DNA of 64,000 nt from positions 18,151-82,150 of the forward strand of contig CAMTXC010000010.1 in assembly GCA_947085635.1 (NCBI GenBank), in the 5' to 3' direction. A program made the translations under genes and the position numbers. Origin of the DNA: an uncultured Actinomycetes bacterium. GTDB lineage: Bacteria; Actinomycetota; Thermoleophilia; RBG-16-64-13. Below, piece after piece: positions 27,624 through 36,549 of the stretch. Positions within the stretch are counted from its first letter, which is position 1, and each line of letters begins with the position of its first letter. Below the pieces are notes generated by a model, which saw only the letters and a program-made list of their open reading frames with translations, did not search any database and was not told the origin of the DNA.

Positions 27624-28037
27624 GATCGTCTGGTTTACTTCGAGACAACGCCCTCTCGACAGTACGCGAGGGCGAACAGCCTGAATAACCGGAGGATGCC
27701 ACGGTGAGAACCCGCCAGAATCGCATGAATCGTCGCCCCCACCATCCCGTAGGCCGCCATTACATCCTCCCGCCATGGGGTGACGGACCGCGACAACGGG
27801 TCGGACTCGCCTTTGGCGTTGATGCCGAGGCGTCAGCGCGAACCCTGCACTTGAGCAGCGCGAATGACCACTACTCTAGCAGCGTTCCGCAAGTCGAGTC
27901 AACCCATCGCCGCAGAACGTGTCCACCGAAACTTGTCGCGGACCCCTGCGGAGTGCGACTCGAGGCGCGCCGTTGCGCTCCCCCCGACGCGCTGCTACAG
28001 TCTGCGCGAGAGACGTAGGCCCTGGGGAGGCTGAACC

Positions 28038-28412
28038 ATGTCGCGGAATCTTCCTCAAGACACCATATTGACTGTCGGATACGGGCTCCTGCCCTCCAAC
28101 ACCGCCACAGGCCAGCTGTATCGGGTGCTGACGATTGCTGCGGAGGTGGACCGAGAAACCCATCGCATCCTCGACGCCTCCATCAACCTTGTAACGGAGA
28201 CCGCCGAACGTTGGGTGACCCGCTCGATGGTGGGCAACGACCTGACATCGGAGGCGGACGCGACGGCTTTCGCCCAGCGCGTCGATACCGATTTCCTCGG
28301 GAATTCGAGGAAGGCGATCGTGCACGCGTATCGGGACATGGCCCAAAGGTACATCGAGCATTTCGAGCAAGGTCATGTGGACACCAAGGAAAGTTCCCCT
28401 TTGAACGAATGA
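28038..28412 (+). CDS. hypothetical protein (resembles DUF3870 family small proteins)
   Basis: 124 aa in a locally lower-GC pocket; pattern TVGYGLLPSN...VDRETHRILDASINLVT...GNSRKAIVHAYRDMAQRY resembles DUF3870 as I recall it; from memory, not certain. Confidence 0.4.
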   Translation: MSRNLPQDTILTVGYGLLPSNTATGQLYRVLTIAAEVDRETHRILDASINLVTETAERWVTRSMVGNDLTSEADATAFAQRVDTDFLGNSRKAIVHAYRDMAQRYIEHFEQGHVDTKESSPLNE

Positions 28413-28719
28413 CCCGGCTGTTGTACACTGGGTCGGCCTACGCCTGACGGCTCCGCGCCTCGTAGGAGTACGCGAGCTGCGGAGACACCGCCGATCCAGG
28501 CCAGGCGAGGAGTTCGGGTACCTCAGCGGGATCCGTCGACGCTATGAGCAGGCGGTTCCCTCGCGTGGAGCACATTCCGCGGCCTGCTCTCGAGGACCGC
28601 ATTCGGGGTGTGAGTCAAGTCCAGCGCAACCGTTGAACGGTTGTGGCTGGACTTTTCTGTTCTGTGGGAAGACAGACTGCCGTCGGGCGGAGCACACGCA
28701 GCACAAGGTAGGGAGGGTC

Positions 28720-29901
28720 ATGAGGCTCTACGAATTCGAAAGCAAGGAGCTCCTGAGGCGGGCCGGCATCTCGGTACCCCGGGGACGTCTCATCGCCGCC
28801 CTCGACGAGATCGGCTCGGTGGGCGACGACGAGTTCCCGATCGCCGCCAAGAGCCAGGTGCTCGCAGGCGGCCGCATGAAGGCCGGAGGCATCGCCTTCG
28901 CCCAGGATGCGACGGAGCTGGCGGCCATCTGCACAAGGCTGCTGGGGACGACGATTCGAGGCCATGTGGTGGACCGCCTGCTTCTCGAGCCGCGCGTCGA
29001 CGTCGCCCGAGAGTATTACCTCGGCGTCACCTACGATTCGGCCGCAAAGACCCCGGTCGCCATCTTCAGCCGATCGGGCGGCATCGATGTCGAGGAGGCC
29101 AGAGCGGTCTACAAAGCCGTCTTCCCCTTGCTGCCTCCCCCTTCCTCCTTCCGCTTCAAGGAGCTCCTCGCGAACGCCGGGGTGAAAGGCAGGCTGCTCT
29201 CGAAGATGACCGACACTATGACCCGGCTCGCCGAGCTCTTCCTCGAACACGACTGCACTCTGGCCGAGATCAATCCCCTGGCCGTGACCGCTTCCGGAGA
29301 CCTCCTGGCTCTCGACGCGCATATCGACCTGGACGAGGATGCTTTCTACAGACACCGGGACCTGGTTTCCGACTGGGGTCTCGACTCCCGAGATTCCAGT
29401 GAGCGGACGCAATCGGAGTTCGAGCGCAAGGCGGCGGAGATCGACACGACCGACCACCGCGGCGTCGCCGGAAGAATGGTGGCCTTCGACGGGAGCCTCG
29501 GCCTGCTCATCGGCGGTGGCGGAGCCAGCCTCACGGCGTTCGACGCCGTCCGGCGCCACGGCGGGACCCCCGCAAACTACTGCGAGATCGGCGGCAACCC
29601 CTCGGTCTGGAAGGTCAAGGAGCTCACCAAGCTCATCATGGGCAAGCCTGGTGTGGAGAAGCTCGCGGTCATCATGAACGTGGTCTCCAACACACGCGTC
29701 GACCTCGTCGCCCGGGGCGTGGTCAAGGCGATGCTCGAACTGGGGCTGGAACCGTCCGAGCGCGTCGCCATCTTCAGGATACCCGGCGCGTGGGAAGACG
29801 ACGGCTTCGCTATCCTCCGCAAGTACGGCGTGCCCTACGTCGACCGGACAGTGTCGATCGACGAGGCCGCGCGTCGAGCCGTGACCTCGGAGGGGAGCTG
29901 A
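28720..29901 (+). CDS. succinyl-CoA synthetase beta-subunit homolog (ADP-forming acyl-CoA ligase, ATP-grasp subunit; malate/citrate/itaconate thiokinase-like)
   Basis: Start at ATG 28720 (GGGAGGG SD): MRLYEFESKELLRRAGISVPRG... equals SucC N-terminus; ATP-grasp then CoA-ligase domain; stop 1 nt before alpha-subunit gene. Confidence 0.8.
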   Translation: MRLYEFESKELLRRAGISVPRGRLIAALDEIGSVGDDEFPIAAKSQVLAGGRMKAGGIAFAQDATELAAICTRLLGTTIRGHVVDRLLLEPRVDVAREYYLGVTYDSAAKTPVAIFSRSGGIDVEEARAVYKAVFPLLPPPSSFRFKELLANAGVKGRLLSKMTDTMTRLAELFLEHDCTLAEINPLAVTASGDLLALDAHIDLDEDAFYRHRDLVSDWGLDSRDSSERTQSEFERKAAEIDTTDHRGVAGRMVAFDGSLGLLIGGGGASLTAFDAVRRHGGTPANYCEIGGNPSVWKVKELTKLIMGKPGVEKLAVIMNVVSNTRVDLVARGVVKAMLELGLEPSERVAIFRIPGAWEDDGFAILRKYGVPYVDRTVSIDEAARRAVTSEGS

Positions 29902-29902
29902 G

Positions 29903-30799
29903 ATGTCTATCCTTGTTGACCGCGACACGGTCATTATCGTCCAGGGGATCACCGGGCGGGAGGCCGCCTCGTTCACCAAGGACTCGCTCGACTACGGAGC
30001 CCGCGTTGTCGGCGGGGTCACCCCGGGAAAAGGCGGTCAGGAGGTCTTCGGCCTGCCCGTCACCGACACGGTCCGCGAGCTCACGGAACGGTTCCATGTA
30101 GACGCGACGGTGATCTCCGTGCCTCCGGCCTTCGTCAAGGATGCGGCGTTCGAGGCCGTCGAGAACGGCATCAAGCTCCTACTGATCGTCACGGAACGTG
30201 TGCCGAGAAGAGACGTGGTCGAGATCGTCGACCTTTGCAGACTGCGCCAAGCCCGGCTCGTCGGGCCGAATTCCCTGGGCGTGATCAGCCCGGGCAAGAG
30301 CCGACTGGGGATGGTGGGCGGACCCGCTCAGGACGTTCGCAAGAGCTATGCCCCCGGTCCCGTAGGCATCATGAGCCGCTCGGGCGGCATGACGACCGAG
30401 ATAGCCAACCTGCTGACCGTCGCGGGTCTAGGCCAGTCGACCTGCGTCTCCATCGGGGGAGACCCGATCGTCGGCACGCAGTTCGCCGATCTGATGGCCG
30501 ACTTCGATGCGGACCCCGAGACCGAAGCCCTGGTCTTCTTCACCGAACCCGGAGGCGCCATGGAGACGGCTCTGGCCGAACGGTTGCGCGAGTGCCCGAG
30601 CCGTTTGCCGATCTTCTGCTTCATCGCGGGCAAGTTCGTGGACGAGATGCGCGGAGTGCGCTTCGGTCACGCCGCCACCCTGGTGCGATCGGAGGCGGAC
30701 ACGACGGAAGCGAAGGCGCGCACGCTCCGCGAAGCCGGCGTCTCCGTGGTCGAGGAGCTCTCGAGACTGCCCGAAGTGGTGCGGGAGGCCCTCTCGTGA
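29903..30799 (+). CDS. succinyl-CoA synthetase alpha-subunit homolog (CoA-binding, phospho-His)
   Basis: MSILVDRDTVIIVQGITGREA...; phosphohistidine loop RFGHAATLV; 298 aa. Confidence 0.8.
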   Translation: MSILVDRDTVIIVQGITGREAASFTKDSLDYGARVVGGVTPGKGGQEVFGLPVTDTVRELTERFHVDATVISVPPAFVKDAAFEAVENGIKLLLIVTERVPRRDVVEIVDLCRLRQARLVGPNSLGVISPGKSRLGMVGGPAQDVRKSYAPGPVGIMSRSGGMTTEIANLLTVAGLGQSTCVSIGGDPIVGTQFADLMADFDADPETEALVFFTEPGGAMETALAERLRECPSRLPIFCFIAGKFVDEMRGVRFGHAATLVRSEADTTEAKARTLREAGVSVVEELSRLPEVVREALS

Positions 30800-30860
30800 G
30801 AAGTGTGGATCCCAAGAACGCGGGCTGCGGCGCGGTTCACAGCGGCGACCAGGAGGAGCC

Positions 30861-31070
30861 ATGGCTGTTTTCATCAGTGTGACACTCGACGAGAGCGCCT
30901 GCGATCGCTACGACGGCTGCCGGATTCTCCTCGGCAAGTGCCCGGTCGACATCTTCCGGGAGGTGGACGGTCGAGTCGTGGTCTCGGAGGAGAACGTGGA
31001 CGAATGTACCTTGTGCGGCCTTTGCTGGGAAGCGACCCCGGGGGCCGTGGTCGTGCAGAAGCTCTACTGA
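30861..31070 (+). CDS. small ferredoxin-like protein (two Cys clusters)
   Basis: 69 aa; ACDRYDGCRILLGKCP and CTLCGLC; strong AGGAGGAG SD 4 nt upstream of ATG. Confidence 0.55.
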   Translation: MAVFISVTLDESACDRYDGCRILLGKCPVDIFREVDGRVVVSEENVDECTLCGLCWEATPGAVVVQKLY

Positions 31071-31098
31071 TCAACGCTGAATGCTGGAGGCCTTCGGA

Positions 31099-31986
31099 AT
31101 GGGCGAAGCGAACCGAAGCTGGCTGTTCGTCCCGGGCAGCAGCGAGAAGATGGTGGGCAAGATTACGGGTTTCGAGGCTGACTGCATCATCCTCGACCTG
31201 GAGGACGCGGTAGCTCCTCACCTCAAGTCCGAGGCGCGCCGGCTCTGCTCCGAAGCGATCGGAATGAGCGGCATCCGTGCCCGCGTCTTCGTGAGGATCA
31301 ACCCGCTCGAGACGAGCGGCGGCCGCGACGACCTCGCCGCGGTGGTCCGTCCTGGGCTCGCCGGCATCGTCCTGCCCAAAGCGGAGAGTCGCGCCCAGAT
31401 CGATGCCCTGGACGCGTACCTGCGGGAGAACGAGGAGCGGAACGGACTGCCCGCGGACACGGTAGTGATCGCGCCGCTGGTGGAGACGCCGCGCGGGATC
31501 CTGAACACGCTGTCTCTCGCCGAAGCTCCCCGAGTGTCGGCTCTCTGCTTGGGCGGAGAGGATCTGTCCCTGACATTGGGCGCGCGCCGTACGCCTCAAG
31601 CAAGGGAGCTGGAGTTCGCTCGGGGCATGCTGGTTACCGCAGCGGCGGCGGCAGGCCGGCAGGCGGTGGATACCGTATGGACTGATGTACGGGACTTGGA
31701 GGGCCTTGCCCGGGAGTGCCGGCAGATGCGGGACTTGGGCTACACCGGCAAGCTGGCCATTCACCCGGCCCAGATCCGCCCGATCCACGATGCCTTCTCA
31801 CCCAGCGATGAGGAACTCGCGCAGGCTCACCGCGTGGTCGAGGCCTTCGAAGCGGCCGGCTCGGGAGTCGCCTCGCTCGACGGAAAGATGCTCGACGCCC
31901 CGGTAGTCGAACGGGCGCGCAGGCTCGTTGCGCAGGCAGAACGACATGCCGGCGGCGCTGAAGGCCGCGGCTCGCTCAGGCAGTGA
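31099..31986 (+). CDS. HpcH/HpaI-CitE family acyl-CoA lyase (citryl-/malyl-/citramalyl-CoA lyase-like)
   Basis: Start at ATG 31099 (MGEANRSWLFVPGSSEKM...), CitE-type DLEDAVAP and ...HPAQIRPIHDAF motifs. Confidence 0.8.
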   Translation: MGEANRSWLFVPGSSEKMVGKITGFEADCIILDLEDAVAPHLKSEARRLCSEAIGMSGIRARVFVRINPLETSGGRDDLAAVVRPGLAGIVLPKAESRAQIDALDAYLRENEERNGLPADTVVIAPLVETPRGILNTLSLAEAPRVSALCLGGEDLSLTLGARRTPQARELEFARGMLVTAAAAAGRQAVDTVWTDVRDLEGLARECRQMRDLGYTGKLAIHPAQIRPIHDAFSPSDEELAQAHRVVEAFEAAGSGVASLDGKMLDAPVVERARRLVAQAERHAGGAEGRGSLRQ

Positions 31987-32030
31987 GCCGCGGCCCCAGG
32001 CCCTTCCGAATGCGAGAAGAAGGGGGAGAA

Positions 32031-33587
32031 ATGGAAGGACACACGGGGTCGACGCACCCCGAGCACGCTCTGGCGGCGGCTGCCGCTGGACTCACGTGGA
32101 AGGACGTGCCCGAGAGCACCCGAAGCAGTGTTCGTCGTCTGTTTCTCGATTGGCTGGGGTCCGCGCTGGCCGGTTCCCGCATGAAGCCAATCCTCATGCT
32201 TTCCCAGGTCTGCGACCATCAGGGCTGGATCGATCGCACTGCTCCCGGTAATAGCCTGTCACCCGGACCAGCGACAGTGATCCCGTCCTCAGCGACAGCG
32301 GGACCCCTGGTTGCCGCGCTCCTCAACGCCTCGGCCAGCCACGTGGTGGAGATGGACGATCTGCACAACGCCTCCATCTACCACCCCGGGACCTGCGTTT
32401 TCCCGGCGGCTCTCGCTGTCGCGGAGTCCCTCGGCGCGAGCGGGGTCGACCTCCTCACGGCCGCCGTGGCCGCATACGAAGTGTCACTCAGGATCGGAGA
32501 GGCTCTCGGGCCCGAGCACTACGCGTACTTCCACACGACCGGCACGGCCGGCACGCTGGGTGCGGCGGTGGCCGCCGGCCACCTCCTGGGTCTTGATCGG
32601 CAGTCGATGCTCTGGGCTCTAGGCAGCGCCGCAACGCAGGCTGCCGGACTCTGGCAGTTCCTGTCCGAAGGAGCGATGAGCAAGCAACTGCACACGGCCA
32701 AGGCCGCCTTCGACGGCGCCCTGTCGGCCTATTTGGCCGCCGAAGGATTCACCGGGCCCGAGAGGGGTGTCACGGGCCCCAGGGGGCTCCTGGCAGCGAC
32801 GACGGCTGCGGGGACCCCTGCCAACCTGGCAGGAGAGGATCTGCGGGCACGGCAGATGGAGAGGTTGCTCGCCGGCGTGGGGACGAGCCGCGATCCGGGC
32901 ACGTCCCAGCGCTGGCTTTTCGAGACCTTCAAGACACCGGAGGTCTCGATCAAACTGCACCCGTCGTGCCGGCATACTCACCCCTCCGTGGACGCCCTCA
33001 TCTCCATCATGCGAACCAACGGGCTTCAGGCGGGCGAGGTGGCCGAGATCCGAGCTCACGTGTACTCAGGCGCGTACGACCGGCTGAAGGACGTCGAACC
33101 GGTCGATCCCTGGTCGGCCAAGTTCAGCATGCCGTTCTGCCTGGCTCAGGCCGCCCTTCGCGGGCGCCTCGACCTAGAGGCGTTCACCGAGGAGGCCCTG
33201 GCAGACGCGCGGGTCACCGACCTCATGGCTCGGGTGAGCCTGCTGGTCGATCCGACGCTTGACTCCCAGTACCCTCGCCAATGGCCCTCGTGGGTGGAGG
33301 TCGAGACCACAAGCGGCGACCGCTTTGAACAACGGGTGGACACGCCCAAGGGCGACCCGGAGAACCCGCTCACCGACGGGGAGCTCGAGGACAAGTTCCG
33401 CCACCTCGCCGGGAGCGTGCTTCCAGCAGATGCCGTCGGGAGGCTGCTCAGAGATACGGCCGGGCTTGCCAACCTCGATGATGTGCGCTTTCTGCTCCAG
33501 CCGGTGCGGTTGACCCTCGATCCCGGGACGCCCGCCGACCAGACGACCCTAGCCGGCGACGCATCCATCGCTCAGGCAAAGCGGTGA
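32031..33587 (+). CDS. MmgE/PrpD family protein (2-methylcitrate dehydratase/cis-aconitate decarboxylase family)
   Basis: Start ATG 32031 (AAGGGGGAG SD); 518 aa; PrpD N- and C-domains (..IYHPGTCVFPAALAVAE.., ..LHPSCRHTHPSVDAL..). Confidence 0.8.
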   Translation: MEGHTGSTHPEHALAAAAAGLTWKDVPESTRSSVRRLFLDWLGSALAGSRMKPILMLSQVCDHQGWIDRTAPGNSLSPGPATVIPSSATAGPLVAALLNASASHVVEMDDLHNASIYHPGTCVFPAALAVAESLGASGVDLLTAAVAAYEVSLRIGEALGPEHYAYFHTTGTAGTLGAAVAAGHLLGLDRQSMLWALGSAATQAAGLWQFLSEGAMSKQLHTAKAAFDGALSAYLAAEGFTGPERGVTGPRGLLAATTAAGTPANLAGEDLRARQMERLLAGVGTSRDPGTSQRWLFETFKTPEVSIKLHPSCRHTHPSVDALISIMRTNGLQAGEVAEIRAHVYSGAYDRLKDVEPVDPWSAKFSMPFCLAQAALRGRLDLEAFTEEALADARVTDLMARVSLLVDPTLDSQYPRQWPSWVEVETTSGDRFEQRVDTPKGDPENPLTDGELEDKFRHLAGSVLPADAVGRLLRDTAGLANLDDVRFLLQPVRLTLDPGTPADQTTLAGDASIAQAKR

Positions 33588-35296
33588 CGATCCGTTCGCA
33601 CGCTCTCATCATCGTGGGAGGTGGGCTCGCCGGGCTCAGAGCGGCCATCGCAGCGGCCGAACGCGGTGTGGACTGCGCGGTCGTATCCCTCGTCCATCCG
33701 GTACGCTCCCACTCGGGGGCGGCGCAGGGGGGCATCAACGCCAGCCTCGCCAACCACCCGGACGCGCAGGGGGACGATCCCCAGTCGCACGCCTTCGATA
33801 CCGTCAAGGGGTCTGACTACCTGGGAGACCAGGACGCGATCCGGATACTCTGCGACGAGGCGCCGCTACGCATCTACGAGCTCGAGCATTGGGGCGTTCC
33901 TTTCAGCCGCTTCTCCAACGGCACGATCGCCCAACGTCCGCTCGGAGGGGCGAGCCATCCTCGAGCCTGCTACGCCGCGGACAAGACCGGTCACTACCTG
34001 CTCCATACGGTCTACGAGCGGGCCGTTTCTCTGGGTCTGTGCGTCTACGATGAGGTCTCGGTCCAGGAGCTCGTGGTAGACGAGGGCAGATGCATCGGCC
34101 TCGTGGCCTACGATCTCAAAAGCGGCAGGATCGAAGGCTTCGCCGCCGACGCCGTCATCCTGGCCACCGGCGGCTCGGGTCGGATCTACGGTCGCTCCAC
34201 GAGTGCGCTGATCAATATCGGAGCAGGCGTAGCCATGGCCTACCGAGTCGGCGTGTCCGTGAAAGACCCCGAGTTCGTGCAGTTCCATCCCACGACCCTT
34301 TACGGGACCAACATCCTCATGAGCGAGGGGTGCCGCGGCGAGGGCGGGTATCTGTTGAACGGGGAGAACGAACGCTTCATGGAAAGGTACGCGCCCCAGT
34401 TCATGGAGCTGGCTCCGCGTGACCTCGTGGCCCGCTCCATACAACGCGAGATCGACGAGGGCCGGGGCATCGACGGCCGGCCGTACGTCCATCTCGATCT
34501 GCGCCATCTCGGGGTGCGTGTAATCGAGGAGAGGTTGCCCGGCATCCGCGACCTCTGCATCCATTTCGCGGGCATCGACCCAGTGGAGCAGCCCATCCCG
34601 ATCCAGCCCGGGCAGCACTACTCCATGAGCGGCATCGACGTCGCCTGCGACGGGGCCACGTGCGTCGAGGGACTCTTCGCGGTTGGTGAGGCCGCCTGTC
34701 TCTCCGTGCACGGAGCGAACCGCCTGGGCGGTAACTCACTCCTCGAGACGATCGTCTTTGGAGCTCGGGTCGGGGAGTCGGCGGCCGCTCTCGCCTGTCA
34801 GGCAAAGCCCGATCGAGGCAGGTTGGAACCCCTCGTGGAGGCCGCCGTCCGCCGGTTCGAGGCGAAGCTCGAGGGCCTGATAGCCGACCCGGGGACCGAG
34901 AACCCGTACACGATGCGCTCCCAGGTGACGGAGATCATGGACAGGCACGTGCAGGTCTTCCGCACGCGGGAGGGCCTGGAGGAGGCGGTCGCCCGCTTGA
35001 CCGAGCTCAGGGATCGTTACGCTGGTGTGGGCCTCCGGAACGGTGGGAGGGTGTTCAATCTCGACATGTTGCGCGTCCTCGACCTCGACGCCATGATCGA
35101 CCTTGCCTTGGCGGCCGCCGTAGGGGCCCTGGCGCGGGAGGAATCGAGGGGGGCCCATTCGCGGGCCGATTTCCAGGTTCGAGACGATGCCAACTGGCTG
35201 AAGCACACCCTTGCGTACCGCACGGCCACCGGGCCGCGGATCGAGTACAGGCCCGTGGTCATCGAGCAGTTCGAGCCGCAAGAACGTAAGTACTGA
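33584..35296 (+). CDS. succinate dehydrogenase/fumarate reductase flavoprotein-subunit paralog (soluble context)
   Basis: 570 aa; GTG start overlapping prpD stop (GTGA); FAD motif IVGGGLAGLRAAI, covalent-FAD His in RSHSGAAQGG, ...HPTTLYGTNILMSEGCRGEGG...; close to 60% identical to canonical sdhA at 46142-47854. Confidence 0.8.
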   Translation: MTIRSHALIIVGGGLAGLRAAIAAAERGVDCAVVSLVHPVRSHSGAAQGGINASLANHPDAQGDDPQSHAFDTVKGSDYLGDQDAIRILCDEAPLRIYELEHWGVPFSRFSNGTIAQRPLGGASHPRACYAADKTGHYLLHTVYERAVSLGLCVYDEVSVQELVVDEGRCIGLVAYDLKSGRIEGFAADAVILATGGSGRIYGRSTSALINIGAGVAMAYRVGVSVKDPEFVQFHPTTLYGTNILMSEGCRGEGGYLLNGENERFMERYAPQFMELAPRDLVARSIQREIDEGRGIDGRPYVHLDLRHLGVRVIEERLPGIRDLCIHFAGIDPVEQPIPIQPGQHYSMSGIDVACDGATCVEGLFAVGEAACLSVHGANRLGGNSLLETIVFGARVGESAAALACQAKPDRGRLEPLVEAAVRRFEAKLEGLIADPGTENPYTMRSQVTEIMDRHVQVFRTREGLEEAVARLTELRDRYAGVGLRNGGRVFNLDMLRVLDLDAMIDLALAAAVGALAREESRGAHSRADFQVRDDANWLKHTLAYRTATGPRIEYRPVVIEQFEPQERKY

Positions 35297-35372
35297 GTCG
35301 TACTGAGTCGGTCCCCGACAGGCCGGGGCAGAATACCGCGGATCGGTCGGGGAGGATCTCACCGGGGGGGAG

Positions 35373-36506
35373 ATGCCGTCGTCTCTGAAGGGGGAGCGCA
35401 CAGAAGGGCGACCGGAGCTACCCGTTCTCCGGCTGCTCTCCCAGGTCGTCGGCGCCAGCCTCTGCGCCGTCTGCGGCACCTGCGTCGCCGTCTGTCCCGA
35501 GGGCTGCCTGGAGGCCGGGGACGAGTCGCCCGTCTACCTCGGAGGCTGCTCGAGCTGCATGGCCTGCGTGGAGTGCTGTTCGGGCAAGGAACTGCCAATG
35601 CCAGAGCTCGAACGACACCTCTTCGGCAGGGTGCGCGGGGATGAGGAACATCTCGGCGTCTACGACTCTGCTCATGTCGGACACGCCGTCGAGCCGCACG
35701 TGAGGCGTGCCGGCACGTCCGGCGGGGTGGTCACCGCCCTCCTCACCGCGTTGCTGCACGAGGAGCGCGTTACGGCGGCGCTCTGCACGGTCTTCGACGA
35801 AGACCTCCCGTATCGGCCCGTGGCGGCGATCCTCAGAGACCCGGACGCTATCCTGGCCGCGGCGCAGTCCAAGTACGCGCTCACCCCACAGCTCGCCGCT
35901 CTGCCAAAGGCACGACCGGGCGATCGACTTGCCGTGGTAGGACTGCCCTGCCAGATCGCCGGGCTGCGCAAGGTCTCACTGGCCGGTCGGCTGCGCGTGG
36001 AGGTCGCGGTCACGGTCGGCCTCTTCTGCCTCTCGGGCTTCCATCTCGACGCCACGAGGTTCATCGTGGAGGAGGTGATGGGCCTGTCCCTGCACGACGG
36101 CACCAGCCTCGAATACCGCCATGGCTCCTTCCCTGGGAGTCCGTCGGTGACGACGAAAACGGGGGAGCGCCGCAGCATTCCGTATTCGGAGGCCAAGCAG
36201 CACTTGCGCATGTTCCGCCCCTACCGCTGCATGGTGTGCTGCGACTGGTCCGCGGAGCTGGCGGACCTGTCGGCCGGAGATCTGTGGTCCGATCCCTCGC
36301 GGCGGGGCTACACCAGCCTCCTCGTGCGCACGCGGCCGGGCGCCGAGGCCCTACGGGTGGCAGAACGAAGCGGCGCCGTGTACATGGAGCCCGCCGATGG
36401 AGCCCTGATCGCCCAGAACCCGGGCTTCTACTACAAGAAGCACGCGAACGCCGTCTTTCTCCGCGAGGCCCGCGCGCACGGCCTGCCCTGTCCGACCTAT
36501 CCGTGA
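35373..36506 (+). CDS. FrhB/FdhB-family Fe-S flavoprotein (coenzyme F420 hydrogenase/dehydrogenase beta-subunit family) with N-terminal 2x[4Fe-4S] domain
   Basis: CAVCGTCVAVCPEGC and CSSCMACVECC clusters then FrhB_FdhB N/C domains (...GTSGGVVTALL..., ...YRCMVCCDWSAELADLSAGDLW...). Confidence 0.7.
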   Translation: MPSSLKGERTEGRPELPVLRLLSQVVGASLCAVCGTCVAVCPEGCLEAGDESPVYLGGCSSCMACVECCSGKELPMPELERHLFGRVRGDEEHLGVYDSAHVGHAVEPHVRRAGTSGGVVTALLTALLHEERVTAALCTVFDEDLPYRPVAAILRDPDAILAAAQSKYALTPQLAALPKARPGDRLAVVGLPCQIAGLRKVSLAGRLRVEVAVTVGLFCLSGFHLDATRFIVEEVMGLSLHDGTSLEYRHGSFPGSPSVTTKTGERRSIPYSEAKQHLRMFRPYRCMVCCDWSAELADLSAGDLWSDPSRRGYTSLLVRTRPGAEALRVAERSGAVYMEPADGALIAQNPGFYYKKHANAVFLREARAHGLPCPTYP

Positions 36507-36549
36507 CGCATCACGACATTAGCCTGACAGCCACACGAAGGGAGGATTC

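Noticed and set aside
28628-28666. Third copy of the conserved upstream element before the sucC-like operon (TGTTCTGTG) and palindrome AACCGTT-G-AACGGTT at 28629-28643
   Set aside because: Only a 9-11 nt match, expected by chance in 64 kb. The palindrome is still a plausible operator, but this is not supported as a copy of the 49-bp element.
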